Assembly (NCBI GenBank): GCA_024275415.1
Contig: JAJRZD010000114.1
Span: 724-64,723, forward strand
Source: an archaeon
GTDB taxonomy: Archaea > Asgardarchaeota > Thorarchaeia > Thorarchaeales > Thorarchaeaceae
DNA: 64,000 nucleotides
Direction of reading: 5' to 3'
Below, piece after piece: positions 57,851 to 64,000 of the stretch. A model generated the notes under the pieces. That model was not told the DNA's origin. It saw nothing but the letters and a program-made list of their open reading frames with translations, and made no database searches. A program made the translations under genes and the position numbers. Every line of letters begins with the position of its first letter. The stretch's first letter is position 1.

Positions 57851-58873
57851 GTGCCTTTTAAGTATCTCCCAAATCTCATCATCAGTGAGGAGATTCATTT
57901 TCTTCATACTATCTTGTTTTGCTTTGCCAGCATATATAGTGCATTGGAACTTTGGGTTGATCAAAATCCACCATTGGTTTTCAATGGAAATTGTGTCCAT
58001 TATTGTGCTGCGTACTGGTACGTTATCGATAATATCCGTATAACGGAATACAAGAGCAAACTTGTTACCATTTTTTTCAATGTCAAGCCAACTGAAACAT
58101 TTTGTATTGTCATGGCGTATTGACGTTATAGCTTGATTTTCATCAGCAATTTTCATGACGCGTTCGAGAAAGTACTCCGCCCTCGTTTTATCAAAGTTCT
58201 TAAGAAATAACCTAAAGTCATTGATTTCTCTTCTCTCCGAGTCACTAAAATAATGTGATTTTAGAATATCTGATTTAATTGATTTTGCAATTCGACCAAG
58301 CTTGCCCAAATTCTCTTCTTCTCGTTTCCAATACCCATTACCTTTCAGGGAAGCGCCATCAAGTAGGATCTGCGTGCTATCGGCCTTCAACCATCCATAG
58401 TTTCTCATCTTTGCAATGGCCCTTGCCTCAAATACGCCTACATCCAAGATATTTGGATGAAAGCTATCATAGGTTTCAGTATTCTCATAAACAATTATCA
58501 TCAATAATCCTGACGGGGGTATCCAAGCAATTGGTGTTGTGAGATTTCCTGCATATTCTTCGGCATTCAAATCAAGACATTTTATTTCAATCCAATACAT
58601 CTTATCCCCAAGTTTTAGATATATATCTCCAAACCTGTTGGAAACAATATAACCTGAAGATCCTTCACCAAGTATATCATTTAGCATATGAGGCATTGAA
58701 TATTCCAAGAGTATTCCAATCCGGCCTCTTCGATCAGTTAGATTACGATTATTCATCACCCGCGGAAATGAAGCCTCCGTGGACATTAAATCCCTAGCAA
58801 GTTGATTAAGCCTTGAAAGAAGATTATCCTTCTGAATTCCAAATCTGTATATGCCTTGTTGGATATCTATCAT
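57845..58873 (-). CDS. putative restriction endonuclease (PD-(D/E)xK-like)
   Basis: The gene is convergent with the methyltransferase and overlaps it by 6 nt. It has a candidate nuclease motif, GDIYLKLGDKMYWIEIKC (D...EIK). The product is 342 aa and the gene is AT-rich. Confidence 0.5.
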   Translation of the reverse strand: MIDIQQGIYRFGIQKDNLLSRLNQLARDLMSTEASFPRVMNNRNLTDRRGRIGILLEYSMPHMLNDILGEGSSGYIVSNRFGDIYLKLGDKMYWIEIKCLDLNAEEYAGNLTTPIAWIPPSGLLMIIVYENTETYDSFHPNILDVGVFEARAIAKMRNYGWLKADSTQILLDGASLKGNGYWKREEENLGKLGRIAKSIKSDILKSHYFSDSERREINDFRLFLKNFDKTRAEYFLERVMKIADENQAITSIRHDNTKCFSWLDIEKNGNKFALVFRYTDIIDNVPVRSTIMDTISIENQWWILINPKFQCTIYAGKAKQDSMKKMNLLTDDEIWEILKRHL

Positions 58874-59359
58874 TCATTTCACCTCTGTTCGCTCCTTTAT
58901 ATGAATCCGAATTCTCTCAATTTGAAGATAGAATTCATCAGAATAGCCATCACTAATACCACAACAATATGAAATGAACCTGACAAAATCAAGTCTAAAG
59001 GGATATCTGCAGTCATCCCATACTAATTCAAAAGACTTCCCATCATCCTCGTCACTCTCAATTATCGTTCCAACTAGTTCATATCCCACTTCCTTGAATT
59101 TTTCCTCCCTCCTGTTAGAAAACTTTTTCATTATCAGAGAAACACACTCGTTATTTTTGACAAGATGAAAAACGAACTTTCTAACACATTTCTTCTTCAA
59201 TTTTGTTCGAAACTCTGCGGGACAAAAGATTATCTCAATTATGTCTCCTTTTGGGTCATCAAATTTACTCTCTAACACTTGATGGGTATATTTACCCTGC
59301 GAAACATCCTTTGATAATTGTGCTGCTTGATTCAAGGCATCTATCAATGCTGCTATCAT
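58874..59359 (-). CDS. hypothetical protein in the R-M island
   Basis: The 161 aa ORF abuts the REase gene and is AT-rich. I recognise no domain. Confidence 0.35.
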   Translation of the reverse strand: MIAALIDALNQAAQLSKDVSQGKYTHQVLESKFDDPKGDIIEIIFCPAEFRTKLKKKCVRKFVFHLVKNNECVSLIMKKFSNRREEKFKEVGYELVGTIIESDEDDGKSFELVWDDCRYPFRLDFVRFISYCCGISDGYSDEFYLQIERIRIHIKERTEVK

Positions 59360-59597
59360 ATTCCCACAGATTGTGTGCCATAATTTGAAATAGAATAATA
59401 CACAACCAAGTTATCCTTCAGGAATGGATGTCTGAATCTGAACACATAGAGTGTAGAGTGTCTGAATTTGGCACACACAAAGGGGCAATAGTCCGCAAGT
59501 ACTAAATACGGTTCGGGCAATCCACCGTATTGAGTTGTATGTACATGATAGAGAGGAGGTTAACCCCTAAGATATTCTGCTTGTAGTTGCTGTATCT

Positions 59598-59924
59598 TTG
59601 TTAATGATTCCCATTGTATCAGCACAGACAACATTGTATCCGAATGCGACTCTTGAAAATGAGTCGATGTGGGGAAGGAACGAGGTAGCTTACGAAAGCA
59701 ACCTTTACCAAGTATCTCTTGAAGATGGACATTGGACTGTTGTAGTTCAAACCACGTTTGACCTTGAAGTGAAAATCACTGTTGCGACAGATAGTAATAT
59801 GAATAACACGATAGCTACGAGTGGGTCTGATTGGGGGAACTTTCCTCGGGTAGACTTCGACCTTGCTTCCAATGATACGGTGGCGGTCAGATACCGAATC
59901 GGGATACGCCTAGGTGGAAGATAG
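59598..59924 (+). CDS. small putative secreted protein
   Basis: This is a 108 aa ORF. A hydrophobic leader extends in-frame upstream of the non-ATG (TTG) start (VVAVSLLMIPIVSAQ). Confidence 0.3.
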   Translation: MLMIPIVSAQTTLYPNATLENESMWGRNEVAYESNLYQVSLEDGHWTVVVQTTFDLEVKITVATDSNMNNTIATSGSDWGNFPRVDFDLASNDTVAVRYRIGIRLGGR

Positions 59925-60010
59925 TCGATTGTGTTGTGCTGGAAACGATGGGTGTAAGGTCATAGCCGAATGGAGTAATGTTTTATGGAACGAGGCCTAC
60001 ATGAGAGGTC

Positions 60011-61216
60011 ATGACCTCTGAGGAAGTTTCGAAGGTATATTTCGGTTCAATAATACATGGCAACCCTGGAGCTTTTGCTTCGATCACAGCCAAGCTGGAC
60101 AAAATCATTGAGGAATTGGATTTCTCTACCATTGACAAGAAGGACAAGGTTGCCATCAAGATGCATCTGGGCTTTAGAGATGGCTACCAGACAGTCCCTG
60201 TCTTCTTCGTACGCCGTGTCGTAGAAGCGGTGAAGGCTGTCGGAGCATTCCCGTTCGTCACGGACAATCCAACCGCCGTGTACAACGCTGCTGAAAGAGG
60301 TTACACATCTGAGACGTGTGGATGCCCTATCATCCCAATCGCAGGTGTCAAGGACGGCTATACAGAAAAGGTCGAGTTCAACTTCCATAATGTGGACTCT
60401 CTCGAGCTCTCAGGCGTGTTGCGAGATGCAGATGCATTGATTGACCTCACCCATGTCAAGGGGCACAACTCTTGTGGGTACGGAGGAGCCGTTAAGAACA
60501 TCGCTTTGGGAGGGTATCATGGTCCGAGCCGGTGGAGAAAGATCCATGGCGTAGAGTCAAGCATTCCCTACTGGGACCCTGAGAAGTGCACTCCCGAACA
60601 CGCCAAGAAGCTCGTGGAGGCATGTCCTGACGGACACATCAAATATGATGAAGACAACCACAAGTTGAATGTCGCCTTTGGTATGTGCAATCAATGTCTC
60701 AAATGCATGGATGCCGACAAAGATGTAGGATGCTTGGATCTCAAACCCGAGAACTACGCGCTGTTCCAAGAACTCATGGCAAAGGGAGCAAAGGCTGTGT
60801 TAGACACCTTTGACATGAACAAGGTGTTCTTCTTGAATTTCTTGATAGACATCACCGCACTTTGTGACTGCTGGGGAATTGGGCAACCGCCAGTTGTGAA
60901 TGATATCGGTATTCTTGGGAGCAGGGATATTGCCGCTATCGAGCAGGCTACACTTGATCTCATCGCAAAAGAAGGACTTATCGAGAGCATGATCCCTCCG
61001 TTCTTTAGAAACCTCAACCTTGACCCTGCAGACGACCTCCATCCATTCCAACGGCTCCATGGCCCTTGGAAAGACCCTTACCTGACCCCGAAGTACTGTG
61101 AAGAACTGGGTCTTGGAAAGAGTGACTATGAACTTGTGGAAATCCTCTCGGTAGACGAGGTGCGAGGTATGAAAGCTCCTTCAGGGGTTAGCGAAACCCA
61201 GCCATCATTCTTTTGA
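60011..61216 (+). CDS. DUF362 domain protein with a Cys cluster
   Basis: It has a DUF362-like core (MHLGFRDGY...THVKGHNSCGYGGAVKNIALG). It also has CNQCLKCMDADKDVGC. The product is 401 aa. Confidence 0.5.
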   Translation: MTSEEVSKVYFGSIIHGNPGAFASITAKLDKIIEELDFSTIDKKDKVAIKMHLGFRDGYQTVPVFFVRRVVEAVKAVGAFPFVTDNPTAVYNAAERGYTSETCGCPIIPIAGVKDGYTEKVEFNFHNVDSLELSGVLRDADALIDLTHVKGHNSCGYGGAVKNIALGGYHGPSRWRKIHGVESSIPYWDPEKCTPEHAKKLVEACPDGHIKYDEDNHKLNVAFGMCNQCLKCMDADKDVGCLDLKPENYALFQELMAKGAKAVLDTFDMNKVFFLNFLIDITALCDCWGIGQPPVVNDIGILGSRDIAAIEQATLDLIAKEGLIESMIPPFFRNLNLDPADDLHPFQRLHGPWKDPYLTPKYCEELGLGKSDYELVEILSVDEVRGMKAPSGVSETQPSFF

Positions 61217-61277
61217 AATCAACTGTTTCACATAAGTAGAATATTGCTACAGCGTCTGCAGGAAAAAAGAAGTACGG

Positions 61278-61299
61278 CCCCCACAACCTAATGTGGGGG
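61278..61299. terminator. perfect 8-bp stem hairpin (cccccaca-acctaa-tgtggggg) between convergent genes
   Basis: The inverted repeat lies at 61278-61285/61292-61299 with a 6-nt loop. It sits between 60011..61216 (+) and 61319..63997 (-). Confidence 0.4.
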
Positions 61300-61318
61300 A
61301 TTCCGTTTAGAGATAAAC

Positions 61319-63997
61319 TCACGAACGTCGTCGCGTCGATACCACAACAATCACGAGGACTAGTATTACAACTAAAATGATTAACGCTATGATTGTTGTA
61401 TCCGGAACTTCGGGAGGTGTTGTGGGAGTTGTTGCTGTTGTAGGAGTCTGACCTACTTCATTCACTGTGACCATTACTGTATCGACAACTGAATTCCCAG
61501 AGTCATCGGATACCACTATAGTCACGTTATGCATTCCAACGGCGAGACCATCTGCATCGAATGAGATTGCTGGCCCATTCCAGTCTGCGGATTCGACCAG
61601 TTCATCATCGACATAGATGGCATAGGTTCCGTTGGTATGATCTGAAGGAGTCCATGAAATGGTGTTCCCGGTATCACCTACGGTATAACTGATATCTGGC
61701 GGATGGTCGATTGTAGGAGCGACCGTGTCTACCACTTGGAATGATCCTCTAACCTCACGCCAATAGGTAAGAGTATCCTGCAGCAGGATTGTGAAATTGA
61801 CCTCGCCCAATTGAGAAGCCGTGAACGAGTACGAGAATATGTCGCCATCATGTGACATGGTATGGTTACCGTCTGGCACTTGTATCAACGCAGTGAACAC
61901 ACCATAAGGATGCGTAGCATTGATCGAGATCGTCACAGTGGTTCCTAATTCAGCTGGATCAGCAGAAATCGTAAGATCCTGCCAGTAAGGACCATTCTCG
62001 AGCTTCATGTAACGGAACGGAAGGCTGGACCAATCGCTCCATATCCCGCCTCCATCACAGGTCCGCACATTCAACACATATTCTGTTTGATTTGTCAGGA
62101 ATATGTTCTTTGCAACGATAGAATCCTCCGGATAAATCATTTCAACAGCAAAGTCGTAAGTTGCGTAGCTGCTTGTACCAGTAGTACCGTCACTATGAGT
62201 GACATTATAAGCTCGATACCCACCATTGTAATTCGCGAATATACAACTGGGGCCATTACCATACCGCGCATCAAAACGCAGGTCAATCAGGAGGTCGGAT
62301 TTGTTGTTGTAATAGAACACATTGTCGATGTCGATGACAATCCAGTCCCCCAGACCATGAATGGTATAGTTTTCCCTTTGCAGTACGAGAGTAGGCGTGA
62401 CGCCTCCATAGTTATTGGCGAACACCGTGTCAAGATTGCCAGTGACAGGGGTTTCAGCAAGGTAAAGTGTGAAATTCTCATACTGGACACTCGATGTGAA
62501 GCGATACACACCGAATATCAACTTGTCAATGTACCCTTCTTTGTTGATGAGTGACCGATTGTATTTCCACTGGAATCGTGCTTCATCTTGTTGGAATGGA
62601 TAAGCATTGTAGGAACTTCCACTGGCACGTATCTCAGTTGTCGTGTACTCTATTGCCAAGTTCTTATCACGAGTGGCAACTGTCATTGCCGTATCATTGA
62701 ATGCTGAATTGTAGTTGTAGGCGACCTTTCCGGTGGCACCAATCGCTCTCGTTGAAAAGAATGCGAAGGTTCCGGTCATGTCTGTGTATCGAATTTCGAT
62801 GAGCAAATTGGACTTGTTACTAGAATAGAACGTGTTATCAATATCAATAGAAATCCTTCCATCGATACTTTCACAGGTATATTCTTCCCTTTGCAGGACG
62901 ATTGTAGGTCTCTTACCTTCATAGTTCGAGGTAAAGTTCGTTGTAAGAGCGTTGTTCGGCTTGTTAAGCATTAGAACGGTGAGGTTATAGACTGTGAAAG
63001 TTTCTCCCTCCGCCATATCCGTATCGAAGTATATCTTATCGACATATCCGCTTCTTGACAGGTATGTTTCTGGCCATGTGAATTGAATCCTCATCGATTT
63101 TCCCCTCCAGAACGGAAATGCATAAGGCTCAGTGCCTATATCAAAGATATATTGAAAGTCGGTGTTGTTCTTCTCGTACAACAAATCTCCAGTGGGAGTT
63201 TCCAATTTGACCTCATAGTTTTGTTGGTAATCGGATGGATCATCGAATTGCCATCCAAATGCAGGTGTGCTATTTTGGATATAGTCAATCTCTGGAGATG
63301 CACCTTCACCATCCACGGTCAGTTGTGTTGTTGTTGGCGGGGTATAGTAAAGAGCAATATAAGATGCATTGAAAGTGCTTACCTCGTGTTCCGTGAAGTA
63401 CTTGCATGTCGCAGAGGTTTCAGTTTCATCCTGCTGCTTGAGGACTAATGATAGAACCCCGTCACCAGCAAGCGTCGAGTTGACAGCAGTAGTGACATCC
63501 CATGAGTACCAAGTGTGGTTGACAAACATGTCAGGGCTAGCTGGTCTGTCTATCGAATCTAGTGACACCGCATCAAAAGAAGGTTGGTTGTCCCATGTGA
63601 TTGCCGACTCATTCCAAGAGTCATTGGAACTAAAGTGGACATCTATAGGACTATCTGCAGGCCCAACTGAGTTGTTCAGGTAAACAAATAGTTTGGCGCT
63701 TGTGAATTGAAAGTCCTTGGAAATGTGTGAAATATCGTATTTCAACCAACTTCGATATGTTGTCCATATGGGTATACTATACCGACCAACATAGAGACCA
63801 CCTCTGTAGACGGTACCATCACTATTGGAAGTGGGTTTAAACGAGTTGACCATTTCCTCTTCCAGTACTGGAACGACCATCGTTCGTGTAGGCACTGCAG
63901 ATGTAGTAAATTGTGTCTCCTTTAAGGTGGTGGCTTCGTCTTTTCCTTGCTTTGGTTCCATCAGGTTGTCCGACGGGAACATCACAATAAAAAGCAC
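61319..63997 (-). CDS. large secreted/surface-anchored protein with a Thr/Pro-rich stalk and a C-terminal membrane anchor (paralog of 4888..7719)
   Basis: The 892 aa product has many NxS/T sequons. Its C-terminus is ...VTVNEVGQTPTTATTPTTPPEVPDTTIIALIILVVILVLVIVVVSTRRRS. Its C-terminal domain is collinear with that of the 4888..7719 protein. Confidence 0.7.
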   Translation of the reverse strand: MLFIVMFPSDNLMEPKQGKDEATTLKETQFTTSAVPTRTMVVPVLEEEMVNSFKPTSNSDGTVYRGGLYVGRYSIPIWTTYRSWLKYDISHISKDFQFTSAKLFVYLNNSVGPADSPIDVHFSSNDSWNESAITWDNQPSFDAVSLDSIDRPASPDMFVNHTWYSWDVTTAVNSTLAGDGVLSLVLKQQDETETSATCKYFTEHEVSTFNASYIALYYTPPTTTQLTVDGEGASPEIDYIQNSTPAFGWQFDDPSDYQQNYEVKLETPTGDLLYEKNNTDFQYIFDIGTEPYAFPFWRGKSMRIQFTWPETYLSRSGYVDKIYFDTDMAEGETFTVYNLTVLMLNKPNNALTTNFTSNYEGKRPTIVLQREEYTCESIDGRISIDIDNTFYSSNKSNLLIEIRYTDMTGTFAFFSTRAIGATGKVAYNYNSAFNDTAMTVATRDKNLAIEYTTTEIRASGSSYNAYPFQQDEARFQWKYNRSLINKEGYIDKLIFGVYRFTSSVQYENFTLYLAETPVTGNLDTVFANNYGGVTPTLVLQRENYTIHGLGDWIVIDIDNVFYYNNKSDLLIDLRFDARYGNGPSCIFANYNGGYRAYNVTHSDGTTGTSSYATYDFAVEMIYPEDSIVAKNIFLTNQTEYVLNVRTCDGGGIWSDWSSLPFRYMKLENGPYWQDLTISADPAELGTTVTISINATHPYGVFTALIQVPDGNHTMSHDGDIFSYSFTASQLGEVNFTILLQDTLTYWREVRGSFQVVDTVAPTIDHPPDISYTVGDTGNTISWTPSDHTNGTYAIYVDDELVESADWNGPAISFDADGLAVGMHNVTIVVSDDSGNSVVDTVMVTVNEVGQTPTTATTPTTPPEVPDTTIIALIILVVILVLVIVVVSTRRRS

Positions 63998-64000
63998 AAT

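Noticed and set aside
1-64000. CRISPR arrays, rRNA and tRNA genes, and transposase/integrase genes
   Set aside because: I saw no regularly spaced direct repeats with unique spacers, no rRNA-like conserved stretches and no cloverleaf-capable GC-rich segments. I saw no DDE or tyrosine recombinase ORFs. The accessory regions are R-M and TA modules instead.

Overview
This window is a roughly 50% GC chromosomal fragment that looks archaeal. The archaeal hallmarks are a split lipoate-protein ligase (LplA-N plus LplA-C), a digeranylgeranylglycerophospholipid reductase with the PCGG motif, a DUF106/YidC-like membrane protein, and an AbrB-PhoU regulator. I can support about 65 protein-coding genes. 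The main blocks are:
- Lipoylation genes at 2-1465.
- A pstSCAB-phoU phosphate uptake operon at 14938-19482, preceded by two tandem Ras/Rab-like small GTPases and followed by an AbrB-PhoU regulator.
- Metabolic and transport genes: ATP-type phosphofructokinase, CorA, an FAD oxidoreductase, a corrinoid protein with a URO-D-like methyltransferase, Pcp, a LysE family exporter, and a DUF389 protein.
- A dense signal-transduction neighbourhood at 32360-44503: a histidine kinase, an ArsR regulator, three KaiC-like RecA-fold proteins, a TPR protein and three CheY-like receivers.
- LarB and geranylgeranyl reductase flanked by two HepT/MntA toxin-antitoxin pairs.
- A leucine-rich-repeat protein and a HEAT-repeat protein.
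- Two large paralogous surface proteins with Thr-rich stalks and C-terminal membrane anchors.

Accessory content is four DNA methyltransferases. One sits in a low-GC island: a fused HTH-HsdM-HsdS-like methyltransferase with a convergent PD-(D/E)xK endonuclease at 55556-58873.

The oddities are:
- An in-frame TAG inside a KaiC-like gene, in a genome that otherwise uses TAG as a normal stop.
- A 0.9 kb ORF-free AT-rich region.
- Clusters of an ACGT(G/T)TAC motif in two intergenic regions.
- Eukaryote-like small GTPases, LRR and HEAT proteins, which are compatible with an Asgard-like lineage. That is an inference only.

I recognised no rRNA, tRNA or CRISPR arrays.
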